Assembly (NCBI RefSeq): GCF_006345805.1
Contig: NC_042998.1
Span: forward strand, 59,706,001 to 59,770,000
DNA: 64,000 nt
Source of the DNA: Octopus sinensis
Lineage: Eukaryota
Direction: 5' to 3'
The translations under genes and the position numbers were made by a program. Of the stretch, positions 11,861 to 25,345 are shown piece after piece; position 1 is the stretch's first letter; every line of letters starts with the position of its first letter. The notes below the pieces were generated by a model. The model had not been told where the DNA came from. It did no database searches and saw only the letters and a program-made list of their open reading frames with translations.

Positions 11861-13625
11861 TATATATATATGTATATATATATATACATAGATACATATA
11901 TATTATACACATATGTATACATACATAGATACATATATATATATATATGTATGTATACATACGCACACTTATATGTATGCATGTATGTATACATATGTAT
12001 GTAGATATATATATATATATACATACATACACACACTTATATGTATGCATGTATGTATGTTTGTATATATGTATATATAGGGTGCAAGAAGAAGAAATGC
12101 TTATGTATTCAAACTATTTAGACTGTAATTTCAAATCAATAATTATTGATAAGCAGATGGCTGATCAAATATTTTGCGATTTAAAGTCACCCTATATATT
12201 GTTAGTACGTTGAATGACAATATGTCTGGTGTGCATATTGGCTGACATATCTTGTTAATTCATCAACTCGCTTTTGTTATATTCCAGCGAAATTTACAAA
12301 CTCGTAGCTAATCTTACTCACATCAAATTCTAAATGTTTGATACTTGTCTGTAATATAGCCTAATGCATGAATGTGTCAAAGATAACACTATAGAAATGC
12401 ACATATGCACATGAAGCAGCTTAACAAGAACGGAATGTTTAATATCCTCAGCCATAGAATGCCTACTCCTGAAAAGCAGCTTGTAAAATATAGATATTCT
12501 TAATGAGAAACCGAAGAAATAGTATCGTATATAAATAGACATTAACCGAAATTCATAGAAGAAAATATATCTCTAAAAAACTTTATATCTAAAAGCTATA
12601 AAGCATTTTTTCGTCATGAACTTAAGATAATAATTACTCTACAGTATTTGAGCATAACATTTCCCCAAACTATTTGGCGACATGATACTTTTGTGTTCCT
12701 TGGAATAGGAGAGGGAATAATCATGGCTCTCTCAAGCACTTGCAGACTAGTGAGATTAGTGCGTGGATATCTGAAGATCAATTTCTGCAGAAAAGAAAAG
12801 ACTTAGTCTGGGAGTCTCCCTCAAATATTTACAAGAGAACTAACTCGGCTACTGATACATAAAGGTAAACAAAACTCTGTTAAACAGAGTGGCCTATTAG
12901 CATAACTTTTTTAAATGACTTAAATACGAATGCTTAAAACTATGGTTTATTGGGATATCAGCTGTAAAGAAATCATTTTTAACGAAAAGATAGGGAATAT
13001 AAGGAAATTTAAATAAAGCCACATTTGCCGGTTCCAAGCTGAGATATAACAGTATAATGGATAAATGTGTATAGGAGACAGTAGAAAGTCAGTCAATACT
13101 TAATATAAAAGTGTTTAGAAGTGAGATCAAAACTTAGCATTATCTTCAGAACTTAGCATACGGAATCTATTTAATTATTAAAAATGTTGTTTATCGTTTG
13201 TGCAACATTAAGTCGAAGGGAATATTTTCCCTCTCAGGATATCACAGATATCTTCGTTGGGAGAGCTTGCTATTTAGTCTATAACATTAGATAAATTAAG
13301 TTTCCTAAATTTACTCAGTAACACATCGAAAGCTTTACAGCTGCTATCAGCTCCGAACCCATGATAAATATAACTCTGCCACAATAAAAATACACTGCAT
13401 TTTAATATCTGGCCTGAGAACAGATCAAATCACGGCTTGTATCAATCTGGCATGGAATTTGGTTTCAAATATCAGCTGTAGCTATTTCATTTTAGTTTCA
13501 TCACTAGTAACCATAAGGGAAGCACTTATTTCATATATTTCATTTCCCAGCTCACCTATAAATCGGAAAAGTTGTGTACTTGTAAGAAATCATTAATTTC
13601 TATATCGTTTATGTGAATATATACA

Positions 13626-13830
13626 TTGGTTCCAAATTTGGCACAAAGCTAGCAATTATTTGATGGGGGGAGGGCAATCTATTACATCGACCTCAGTGCT
13701 CAACTGGTACTTATTTTATCAACCCCAAAACGATGAAAGGCAAAGTCGACGACGGTGGAATTTGAAAAAGACGGACGAAATGCTACTAAGCGTTTCTCCT
13801 AGCATGCTAACAATTCCGCGAACGCGCATT
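13626..13830 (-). mobile_element. tRNA-derived SINE family A (Nin/Deu-type central domain), decayed
   Basis: CTGGTACTTATTTTATC..GATGAAAGGCAAAGTCGAC..GGAATTTGAA shared with the copies at 27.4, 29.9, 49.5 and 62.4 kb. Confidence 0.8.
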
Positions 13831-14574
13831 TGTGAATATAAATATTCTCACTATTTCTACACATACTTGAGACCTCAATGGGATTAGTAACCTACGCAGT
13901 AGTGGAGCTGCTGATTATAAAATGGCAAGCCGAATGTACATAATTTGATATTTGTTATGCTAAATCTGTTCAGAGTCCTTTGTCTACACACAGGATTATA
14001 CTTATACCGCTATTACATAACGGATTTTAAATATTCTCCTGTTCTTATTTATACAAACGATGAACGGACTCACCGTTCATAACTTTCTACTCTGCAGCGT
14101 TCTTTACATTAAAGTCTATTACTGTCCATTAGGCATTAACATCGAACGATGTTTTATTAATTATGACTGCTATTTGTTAGTCATAACAATATAATTCCTG
14201 TTTCAAGTCTCATCTATAAATACAGAGAACAAGGACATCCATACAAAATAAAAGCAGTAATTTCATACTAATTGATAGATAATAATATTGATTTGGGTTT
14301 AGGTAGCACAAAGTGCATATATTTTTAGTGGTGGTGATACAGAGTTTCATGATCTGTATACCTTTCTCCAAGAAAATATAGCATAAGGAAACTGAACTGA
14401 AGATTCAGCCTCGTCAATCACAGTAGATACTCCCTATTGAAATGTGATTGTGTGACGTAAATAGAATGAAAGTATATCAGCAGAGTAGCAGAAAATGTAA
14501 TAAATTCAGCTAAGAATTGAAATGCGAAGCGTCACCTTGCTTTGCTATGATCTTATCTAGATTTTGATTGATAA

Positions 14575-14770
14575 TAGGCAGTTTCTACTCGGGTTTCGGA
14601 AATAAAAATGTTTCATGGTATTTATCCCAAACTTTTACGTTCTAAGTTCAAATTTTGTTTGAATTAACTTTGCTTTTTAACGTTTTGGGATTAATAAAAT
14701 AAAGTACTTCTCAATTATTGAGGTTGATGATTTCGACTCGTCCATCCTCTTAAAACTGCTGGTATTATGC
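14575..14770 (+). mobile_element. SINE family A, highly decayed
   Basis: TTCTAAGTTCAAAT..AACTTTGCTTTT..GGGATTAATAAAATAAAGTAC resembles the family core in + orientation. Confidence 0.55.
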
Positions 14771-17310
14771 ATTAGAAACAGTATTTGTTTCTTTCTGTTG
14801 CGACACAAAGATCCCATACACTACGAAAGACAAAACTGGACGTTTTGATGTAATCTGAAAATTATAAGCAGCGAAAGCGTAGAGAAAGGACCATTACAAT
14901 TACTACCATATGACAACTAACTCTAAAGCAGTCATCACAACTTTATGAAAATTACTGATTTGTGTTTTGGGAACGATGGCAATTTTGTAGAAGACTGATG
15001 AATAAAATTAGTGAGCAATCGCTAGTACCACGACCATAATGAATCAATAACAGGACTATTTAAACTCAATCGTTTGTTTGTGTAATGTTACCACGAGATA
15101 ACATAAGTTTCGTTAATATCAAAAGATTTAATACAGGACTTTATTGTCTCTCATACTCCACCTTCCCTTCTGCGTGTACACTTATTTACAGCAAAATGCT
15201 TTGTACTGACAAAAGAAAACTGAAGATCTTCACCTGTTCGTTGATTTATGTGCTACTTTATTTCGTTAACTATTTGTTATATAAACAAAAAAATGTCAAA
15301 TTTACTTTATATGAAAAACTATCCGTGCTATAGAAAGAAATGTAAGTTAATAAAAATCAACGATACTAATTTTAATATTTATAAGAGCAGATTATTATTT
15401 CTCTCTCATAGTATGTTTTAAGCTTCTGTAATCTGTTTATATTTCGATGGTTTACCTACTATATACCTGATGAGTTTGTATTCATACCGCGCACAGAAGA
15501 ATCTGGTAATATTCACAGATTAATTAACGTGATTTATATTTCGGAAAGATAAATTTTCAAAGCATAGAGGAATGATCATTCTGGCAATTACATTTTGAAG
15601 TTTTATAACCAAAGATTAACGAAATAATTACAAAATATTAGAAACAAACAAGAATAAACGTTTAGCATTTGAGGCATCGCTTCTTTGACAAAAATTAAAT
15701 GAAACAGAGTTGTATGGTTTCATATGAAATTTCGAAAGTTTTAAGTATGTGAATCATAGAATATAACGTGTCTCTACGTTTGTGAATCCCTCGCCTAAAA
15801 TGTTCCGCACATCGGCTTCTGTCTGCCTCTCATCTTTCGAATAGCTTCCTGTAAATGGTACGTTCGTAGTGTGCACTGATGGAGACTTGTCTAACAATAC
15901 TCTATAAATGCTGTTGTACCCCTAAGCTCGATTATATGCCTTTGCACTTTGCCTCCTATACACTTTTTTATAACTTCCGAAAACAATATAAATATTCTCA
16001 TTCGACCGAATAGTAAGTGTATTTTGGTATCCATTAGCTAAGGTTTTTGTGGAGTCAAATAAATACGTCATAATATCAAAATAAATTAAATACTAGCTGT
16101 CCCTCACTAACAAGGTTGTGTGAGAATGTTAAATGTTGAAATATAGGTATAACGATGAATCGGTTTTCTCGTTTCGTTCTAGTCCAGCTCTGACTAAATA
16201 AATTTATCATCAAATTTATGAGGTGTTTCAATAAATATGAAACACCTCATATTCATTCGATCTGTATACTAAGGTAACACTATCCATTATGTCATTATCT
16301 TCTTAAGGTATATGGTGTAATACGTGAGAAACGTGCCAGCTACTTCTTTACAGACTCCATCTTCTGATAGGGGAGAGGCCGTTCACTCTGAATTATCAGT
16401 TTAGATAATGTCCTAGGCTAAATCTGTCCAATACACATGTTTCTCCTTTTTTTTGTAAGGCAAATGGGTGCGGTATGAAGCAGTTCTCTCCGAATTTTGT
16501 TTATAGATCACGTGGCCTTATAGAGAACTTGTTGGTTCGAATAATTAGTGGTAAAATTAAAATAGAAGTAGTGAGATAGACTTGAAAAAACAAGATATAT
16601 TTTATTTAATTTAAACAGCTTCTGACACACTGCGTAAATGAAGTCAAAATAATTTTGATTACTGCAAGATTATTAAGTATGGACTAACACACGATTCAGG
16701 AAGGTGACAGTAATATTTCAGAGACAGCGAGCAAATAGATATTTGGTAATAAAATACGTGACTAGCCACATTAAACAACTATAGTAAATAAAGTTTATAG
16801 ATTTAGGGAAAATGTTTATATCTCAGAAATGTCATTAATGCGTTATCTATTTAAGAATTCATATTGTATGAGTTTATATACCTTGGCCAAAAATGAACTT
16901 GGGTGTTTGAGTCAAACGTATAGGGTATTCACCTATTGATTTTATAGTGTTTAAATAATTGGCGCTTGCTTACACAGACGCGCACGCTCAGAAAGAGATG
17001 GCGCAAGAGGGACAGAGAGAGAGAGAGAGCGATACCTATTACACACATACACACACATGTATATATACATACATCTTGATATGTGACTTGAGTGTTGATT
17101 CTACACTTTTTTATTGTGTCTATAACAAATGCTATAAATTATGCTCAAAACGTTTGTAGACATCTATTAATTTATATGTGTTAGATACTGACTTTTGTAA
17201 CATAAGAGGAATATGTTGGAATATTAAATGTGGATCTATCTTGCCGAACAATATATGCATACATACATACATATATATATATATGTATGTATATGTATGC
17301 ATATATATAT

Positions 17311-17369
<59 letters not shown>

Positions 17370-17371
17370 GC

Positions 17372-17406
<35 letters not shown>

Positions 17407-17419
17407 TGACAGGAAGGCA

Positions 17420-17426
17420 GGCAAGC

Positions 17427-17461
<35 letters not shown>

Positions 17462-17601
17462 CGGATTGATGGATGGATGGATGGGTGGATAGATAGGCAG
17501 ATGGATTGATGGATGGATGGATGGGTAGGTAGTTATCTATCTATCTAGCTAGCTAGCTTGATAGATAGATAGATAGATAGGTAGATAGATAGATAGATAG
17601 G

Positions 17602-17670
<69 letters not shown>
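17420..17670. repeat. (GATA)n/(GATG)n compound microsatellite
   Basis: Directly visible tandem tetranucleotides. Confidence 0.95.
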
Positions 17671-17672
<2 letters not shown>

Positions 17673-18642
17673 AATGTAATCCACATACAATACACATGTA
17701 TGCACATACCTATGATGAATATATAAAGAAATTAGTGGCATAAAAAACTGTACAAAAGGCACGGATACAAACAACATAGGAAGAGAACCCGTATGCACGC
17801 ACAAACACACAGACGGCTGCAACAATATCAACAATACGACTAGCAACAATGGCAGTAATAACAACAACTACCATGATATCAGCAGCGTGGGCGAATACAC
17901 AGACAAGAACAGTACAAAAAGGCGAGTTGAAGGGCGGCAGCAGCAGCAGCGGGAAAGGGGTAGGGGATGAGGCGGAGGGGAGGGTCATAGTGCTAATAAG
18001 AACAATGACACACATACGCACACACAGACACAAACACATACGCATGCGCATATAAGGATACACATCATAGAAGAACAGAATGGAATAACCTGTGCAACAG
18101 CATACAGGAAGACGGAAAGTGTCGCTGAGGAGGTCACAGATGTGTGACGAAAGATTTCTGGACAATGGCGGTGCCCCAGCATGGCCACAGCTCGTGAGCT
18201 GAAACTAGAATAAATGAATCAATCAATCAATGGATATGAGTTAGAGTAAAAACAGTAATGAACGACTGAAGAATGAATATATAATGCGTGTGTTCATGTG
18301 GCAAAACAAAAATGACCGTCTCGAAATACAGCAATACATACATACTTACATACATACATGTGTATATTTATATGTCAAAGACCAACATGGAGGCATGCTT
18401 GGTCAACTTGACATTCGCATTTTATCCAAGCCTCCGAAGGACCTAACATTCAGACAAATACAAGAGTACGTGTCATTAAAGAAACATCCCCAGCACTAAA
18501 TAGGGAATATACACAGAAGGTGTCAGACACCAATAATCACAGTTTATATATACACAGACAACGTTATCAGTAGGCTGTTATATAGGCCTGTATGTGTGTG
18601 TCTCTGTGTGTGCGTGTGTGTATGTGTATGTATATATATATA

Positions 18643-18860
18643 TGGAGATGTACTCGCATAGCAAGTGATTTGATCTAAGATCGTGTGCTGGAACGAAAAC
18701 AATTGCAGCATGGAAGGTGTTTGCAGCACGGATATTTGTCAGTGAACAGGTCGCGGATTTTAGCGACGAAAATATTTTGACAAATTAAACTTAAATGTTA
18801 AAGTGAATCGAACGGCTTTTGTCTGTTTCTTAAATGGCTTACAAACACCTTCCACGCTGC

Positions 18861-18864
<4 letters not shown>
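18643..18864. mobile_element. Short tail + inverted-arm element in (TA)n (probably PLE-derived)
   Basis: AATTGCAGCATGGAAGGTGTTTG (18701-18723) is inverted at 18842-18864; 58-nt unpaired tail on the left; TA repeats on both sides. Confidence 0.6.
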
Positions 18865-18935
<71 letters not shown>

Positions 18936-18960
18936 CACACACACACACACACACGTATAT

Positions 18961-19006
<46 letters not shown>

Positions 19007-19060
19007 AAAAAGAAATTTGAAAACGCCACTACATAAGATAAATTTTAATTTTCTTAGAAA

Positions 19061-19104
19061 TTTTACGTTTCGGTTCTCCTTGAAAAAACGAACCTTATCA
19101 AAAG
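19061..19104 (-). ncRNA. Minimal hammerhead motif, U3-A8 core
   Basis: Minus strand TTGATAA-GGTTC..GAACC-GAAAC-GTA-AAA; the inverted partial copy has GAACC-GAAAC-AT-GTA (21011-21025). Confidence 0.65.
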
Positions 19105-19639
19105 TTTTTTAAAAAGTTAAGTGTAATAAAAAAGTTCATAATTGTTTCTTACTGGTCTCAACAGAATCCATGTAGTGTTTTGTCGGTAAATTTAATGTAA
19201 GTTGAATGTAATAAAAAAGTTCCCAATTGTTTCTTACTGGTCTCAACAGGATCCACGTGGTTTTTGTTAGCTGTCTTATGTGTTCGAATCACCCGCGGCT
19301 GAAATAGCAGTAGCAGCAGTGACTATTGGTCGTAGTAGTAGTAACCGTGGTGGTGGTTGGGGCTGCAGCAGCTCATTGGTTGTAGCAGCTAAGCTGTGGC
19401 AGTAGCAGCAGTGACTGTTGGTCGTAGTAGTAGTAACCGTGGTGGTGGTTGGGGTTGCAGCAGCTTAGCTGTGGCAGTAGCAACAGCAGCAGTAGTGGAG
19501 GATTGTTGATCGTAGTATTAATAGTAGTGACCATGGTGGTTGTAGTAGTAGTGATAGTGGTAGCAGTCGTAGTGATCGTGGTGGTTGTGGTATAATTCCA
19601 TTTTTCTTTTCGGAAGACCAATGTATTGTTATAATATTC

Positions 19640-21005
19640 CTGTCCCAGGGTGTTCAAACTTGGTCTGAATTTTCTAATGAAATAAAGTTCTTTATTTTGG
19701 CGTTGAGTGAAAGTTACGCTGTCACTGAATTTGTAAAGTGGGCAAGTTGTGAATTTCGGATTTTTATTTGAAGCATATCTATCTATGTGTCCGCTGACTG
19801 GTATTTTCCTGTATTCAGGATTTCTAATTTTGGGTTTATGCACCGCCATCCTTTTTCGTAATCTGTTTTTGTATGGCCTATATACTGCCTATTGCAACTT
19901 GCGCATGTTAAGGCGTAAATTAAGTCTTCTGATGCACAGGTGAAGTTTGTTCTGATGATAAACTGATGGCCTTGTTCTAATGTGAATTCTGAACCTTCTA
20001 CCAAGATGACACAGATTCCGCAGTTGGGCTTTCCACATTTTCTAACTGCTGGTTTTGTGGTTGATGTTGAGTGCAGTTTAGCTTGGGTTAAAATCTTTTT
20101 TAAGGATTTTGGTTGCTGTTTACTTTTAATGATGGTGTGTGTTTCGAGGATCCGGTTCATCTTTGGGTTTCCCTTTAGTAGGGCTGTGCTTTGTAGTATG
20201 GTGCTGAAGGCCTCATTGTTAAGTGGGTTGTGTGTAGAGATGTAGGGAAGGGTTTTTAATTTTTCTTTCTTTTTTGGTTTTGTTTGTCTCAGGTTTTCTA
20301 TACTTAATTTAAGTGCTCGTTGGATTGCGCTGTCTATTAGGAGCTGTGGATAATTTCTATTTATGAGTGTCGTTCTAAGTTCCTGGAGGCGTGTGTGTCG
20401 GGTGTTTGTGTCTGATATTATGGTGCAACTCCTTCTAGCTAAACAAAAAGGGACATTTATTCTAGTGTGTCTTGGGTGGCATGAATCAAAGGGTAGGTAC
20501 TGCTTGGACTCTGTCGGTTTATAATAGATATCTGTCTCTATTTTGTTGCCGACTTTCTTAATGAGGATGTCTAAAAATGGCAATTCTTCTTCGTTATGAT
20601 CTATCGTGAACTGAATATTATCATTTATTCCATTTAATAGTATTTTAAATTCCTCAAGTTTCTCTATACTTTTATCCCAGAGGATGAAGCAGTCGTCGAG
20701 GTATCTTTTCCATTTGTTCTGAAAATAGGAGGAGAAAGTGTTTCCATATTTCTCGAGTGTTTTCTGGTAGAGTATTTTCTCGAGGTATCCCATCACTAGG
20801 TTGGCAAAAGAAGGCGCAGTACGCGTACTCATCGCTGTTCCCGATCTTTGTCTGTAGAAATTATTATCAAAAATAAAGTAATTGTTTTCTAAAATAAATC
20901 TAAGTCCTTCTATTATAAGTTCTTTATTTATGCGAGTTGGGAGTTCAAAGGAGCAGTTGTTTAGCCAGAAAGGGATCGCTTCTATTCCTAGGGTGTGAAG
21001 GATGT
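19640..21005 (-). pseudogene. Penelope RT-endonuclease polyprotein fragment
   Basis: NNYFIF..YRQRSGTAM..APSFANL, WKRYLDDCF, LPFLDI, DIYYKPT, SCHP, CGKPNCGIC, LIYALTC..QYIGHT; frameshift near 19860 continues as KELYFIRKFRPSLN. The first ~22 aa of the listed 429-aa ORF come from the inverted pLTR. Confidence 0.92.
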
Positions 21006-21212
21006 TTGAAGAACCGAAACATGTAAAATTTCGAAGAAAATTAAAATTTATCTTATATAGTGGCGTTTTCAAACTTCTTTTTTATAAATATATACCCACT
21101 CGTATACGATCTACACTTATTATAAATATATATATATGTGTGTGTGTGTATGTGTGTGTGTGTGTATATATATAAATATATATGCATACATATATATATG
21201 TATATATATGTA

Positions 21213-21251
<39 letters not shown>

Positions 21252-21608
21252 ATACATATGTGAGTAAACGGATAAGCGTATACACAGATAGATATATACA
21301 GATAGATACGTACATAGGTAATATGGGCAGGTGGACACAAACACGCACAGTCACACAAACATGAACACAGGCACATGGATATGAAGAACACATGCATAAA
21401 AACGTGCATACATGCATAAATATATATACGCATATACATACGTACCTACACACGCACAAACATGCAGAGTACATACATACATTCATACAAACGTGCACAG
21501 ATGCATACGTATGAATATGCATGCAAACACATGCATGCATACACACGCATGCATACATACCCATTCATACATTCATACATGCAGCGATATATATATATAT
21601 ATAATATG

Positions 21609-21684
<76 letters not shown>

Positions 21685-21690
<6 letters not shown>

Positions 21691-23026
21691 CCGGGGTGTG
21701 TAGGGGTGTGCGTGCGGGTGAGCGTGTGTATGAGGCAGGCGTGGTTAGTCGTGAAATGAAGTTTATTATATATGTAAACCGATTGAAATTTCAAATCTGT
21801 TTTCACATCCGTGTTAGTATAATTACTAGTCAGTGACAGTAAAATAGTGGTAAGCAACAGTGACGTATTTATTTCCATATTTATAAGAGAGTTCACAGTG
21901 CCAATTTATTGATTTCAGAGTCGCCGAGGTGTCTGAAAAGATTAAGACGAGTTTGTCAGGAGAAAGTTATACTGAAGATGGGCTGAGTGGTAAATTGTGA
22001 AGAATGTAGTATCTTAGCGGTAGGAGGTACATTCCCTACCATGTATGTAGATATATAGTAGCAAGCAGATTCACTTAAGTTAATACACACACACACTTAC
22101 ATACGCAAATACATATGTGCATATTTATATATGTATGGATATATGTGTTTGTGTGTATTCGCGTGTAACGAGATTTAAGTAATGGTCATTACATACTTTT
22201 CTTTATTAGAGTAAATTTCGCTTACAGCTGTTCCAGTGGTCAGTATAAGTACGTTACTGGTTGGTTTACTCAATTAGTCTATTGATCATTTGAGAAAAAC
22301 TGAAAATCCGACCAAAGAATTAATGCTAATTTCATCAGTAATTTCTAGTTATATATATATATGTATATCCGGGGTGTGTAGGGGTGTGCGTGCGGGTGAG
22401 CGTGTGTATGAGGCAGGCGTGGTTAGTCGTGAAATGAAGTTTATTATATATGTAAACCGATTGAAATTTCAAATCTGTTTTCACATCCGTGTTAGTATAA
22501 TTACTAGTCAGTGACAGTAAAATAGTGGTAAGCAACAGTGACGTATTTATTTCCATATTTATAAGAGAGTTCACAGTGCCAATTTATTGATTTCAGAGTC
22601 GCCGAGGTGTCTGAAAAGATTAAGACGAGTTTGTCAGGAGAAAGTTATACTGAAGATGGGCTGAGTGGTAAATTGTGAAGAATGTAGTATCTTAGCGGTA
22701 GGAGGTACATTCCCTACCATGTATGTAGATATATAGTAGCAAGCAGATTCACTTAAGTTAATACACACACACACTTACATACGCAAATACATATGTGCAT
22801 ATTTATATATGTATGGATATATGTGTTTGTGTGTATTCGCGTGTAACGAGATTTAAGTAATGGTCATTACATACTTTTCTTTATTAGAGTAAATTTCGCT
22901 TACAGCTGTTCCAGTGGTCAGTATAAGTACGTTACTGGTTGGTTTACTCAATTAGTCTATTGATCATTTGAGAAAAACTGAAAATCCGACCAAAAATTAA
23001 TGCTAATTTCATCAGTAATTTCTAGT

Positions 23027-23027
<1 letters not shown>
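21685..23027. repeat. Near-perfect tandem duplication, period 678 bp, units bounded by (TA)n
   Basis: 21685-22350 vs 22363-23027; only a 1-nt indel (CAAAGAATT vs CAAAAATT) was seen by eye. Confidence 0.93.
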
Positions 23028-23058
<31 letters not shown>

Positions 23059-23980
23059 AGCGTGTGTGTATATGTATGTTTGTGGATGTGTGTGTGTGTG
23101 TATGGGTGTATGTGTATGTGTGTGTGTGCATGCGTCTCCTAATTATTGCCAAGATCCAGTACTCTATACTTAAAAGTTACGTTCTGTATACAAAATCTTG
23201 CTCTCATATTTCTAATATTGTTGTGGACATCGTATGAGAATGATAGATTACCCCTGAAAGAGATTGCTAGTAAACTGTTTCTTTACTTACATATATATAC
23301 AGCAATATCATATCTTCTCCACTACGATTCCCTAAACCTTGAGAACTACACAACCAATTCCATTCAAATTTTACACATGCCTTACTTAGTGTCCGTGTAG
23401 TTTCACGGGCAAAAAAAATGTTCAACTTCTTGCCGAGAGCGAGCCCATAGCAATATCATATCTTCTCCACTATTTCAGTATTACGTGTTAAAAGTGAAAC
23501 AAAAACGTTTCTCTATTTTATGTCAGATACTTTCACTTTAACAATAAAAATAATAATAATAATTGAATTACATGTAGTAAGTAATAATTAAAATCAAACT
23601 AAAGTATAATATAATCGTAACATTACAAAAGTAAAAATAGCAATTGGTATAAAACTGCATCAATGATTTGAACTTGAATAAGTGGTTTCACATGAATGGG
23701 AATAAATTAAAAATAAAATTAGCGTGCAGGAATGGAATAGTCCAGATGGATAATATAAAATTAAATTAAAGAAAAGACGATTGTCTATAAAGTATACAAT
23801 GTAGAGAAAAAAGGTGGCGTTTTTTTTGCGCTCTGTAAAATTCGGTTAAAAAAGAAAAAAGAACAAAAAGTGAATTGTGGTTGCGGAATTGGAACGTCGG
23901 TTGGTGCGGTTTCGCGTCGCACTGGTTCTGTGCGTCGCACGTTTTCTGTTCGGGAGGCCGTTTTTCGGTCTGAGGCGACT

Positions 23981-25345
23981 ATGAGCCGCCTCTACCAAAC
24001 GGATGAGATGGAAGGGAGAAATTTCTCTGAAAATTCGTCGACATCTGAGGAGGAGTTGGCGGTGAAAAAAATGGAAAGCACCTACGCAGGTATAACGAAG
24101 AAGTCAACAGAAAAAGAGATAGACCTGGCTAAGTTGACGGACTTCCAGGAGTTCATGAAGGAGAAGAAGAACGGAGAGGTTGAGCTGTTGCCTCTAGCAG
24201 GGCGCGGAGACTGGTTTCATCGTAGAACCATTAAATATAAAGTATTTATGAATGGAGGTAGAAAAATGGAAGTGATTAACATGGAAGCAATTGAAGAGGC
24301 TTTCAAACAGACAGGAGAAGAAATTGTGTACATGACAAAAGGATTAGAATATGGAACCATAACGGTACAATTTAAAAGTGAGAAAGCAGCCAGGATTATA
24401 GCAGCCAAGGTGGTGAGTACAGAAAAGTTTTACTTGTTCCCCTCGTATTTGAATATAAGGACCACCAGAATTAGGGTGGAAGGAATACCTCCACACCTAG
24501 AGGGCGAATTAATAACGGCTGCGGTTATCAAAGGAAATGAAGATAAAGTGGACATCCTCCACGCCATTATGAAATATGAAGGCGTGAGAGGTGCCACACT
24601 AGTAATGAACATACAGACGGAGACGGAAGTTATAGAAAAGCTTACGGACAGTATAAAAACTGGAAATATTATTATGAGAGTGTGGGTGGAGGGTAGGGCG
24701 CCCAGGTGCTACAAGTGTGGCCTGAGGGGTCACATAAGAGCCTACTGCCCTCACCCACCAAAGGAAAAAGAAAAGGAAATCGTCGCGGAAGCCCCAAAAG
24801 AGGAAGAAACCAAACAGAACCAAAGGGAAAAAGAAACGACAGAAGAAGAGGAGATGCAACAAGAGTGGGAAGAAGGAAGAAAAAAGAGAAAAAGAAAGAA
24901 AAAGAAAAACTGTGCGAAGCTCCAACCCACCCCAACACAACCCGCACCCTCTGAATCCCACCCTTCCCCTGCAGACAGTGAACCCACCCGCTCCCCTCCA
25001 ACAAGAAAACAAAAGAAAAATAATAATACATACAGACAAGAGTTTGAAAACGAACCCAGGTCGAACATTTATATTGTGACTGAACAGAAAGAGGTTGAAA
25101 GGGTAATGGAGGAGTATGAATGGTATGAAATGGATGGGATCAGATATGCAGTGCTGGAAAAGAAGAATATAGATGAGTTTGTGTTGAGGTGTGAAAGGGA
25201 GAATTGGGAGGTGAAAGATACAAGAATGAGCGATGAATTCGTGGAATATATGGAGGACAGTTTCGGAGTAAGAATGGATATGGATGGTCTTCGTATTGGG
25301 AATGAACATTCAGGTGACAGTGAAAACAAAAGGACAGGTAAGTGA
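23981..25345 (+). CDS. Intact LINE ORF1/gag-like nucleic-acid-binding protein (RRM-like region + CCHC zinc knuckle), 454 aa, no ORF2
   Basis: Uninterrupted ORF from ATG 23981; YGTITVQF and TRIRVEGIP (RRM-like), CYKCGLRGHIRAYC (CX2CX4HX4C), basic KKRKRKKKK, Pro-rich and acidic tail; AATAAA at 25481. Confidence 0.8.
   Translation: MSRLYQTDEMEGRNFSENSSTSEEELAVKKMESTYAGITKKSTEKEIDLAKLTDFQEFMKEKKNGEVELLPLAGRGDWFHRRTIKYKVFMNGGRKMEVINMEAIEEAFKQTGEEIVYMTKGLEYGTITVQFKSEKAARIIAAKVVSTEKFYLFPSYLNIRTTRIRVEGIPPHLEGELITAAVIKGNEDKVDILHAIMKYEGVRGATLVMNIQTETEVIEKLTDSIKTGNIIMRVWVEGRAPRCYKCGLRGHIRAYCPHPPKEKEKEIVAEAPKEEETKQNQREKETTEEEEMQQEWEEGRKKRKRKKKKNCAKLQPTPTQPAPSESHPSPADSEPTRSPPTRKQKKNNNTYRQEFENEPRSNIYIVTEQKEVERVMEEYEWYEMDGIRYAVLEKKNIDEFVLRCERENWEVKDTRMSDEFVEYMEDSFGVRMDMDGLRIGNEHSGDSENKRTGK

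Larger units (their letters stand above)
19001..21125 (-). mobile_element. 5'-truncated Penelope-like retroelement (RT + GIY-YIG) with inverted pLTR end
   Basis: Inverted ends ~19001-19077 / ~21010-21088, tail 21090-21125, embedded in (TA)n; long RT-EN reading frame. Confidence 0.92.

Noticed and set aside
12615-12800. Minus-strand acceptor CTTTTCTTTTCTGCAG followed by a ~56-codon open frame
   Set aside because: No recognisable product or supporting exons
19120-19600. Short tandem duplications and CAG/TAG-rich repeats as a CRISPR-like array
   Set aside because: Only two copies each, no repeat-spacer periodicity, inside a PLE 3' region in eukaryotic DNA
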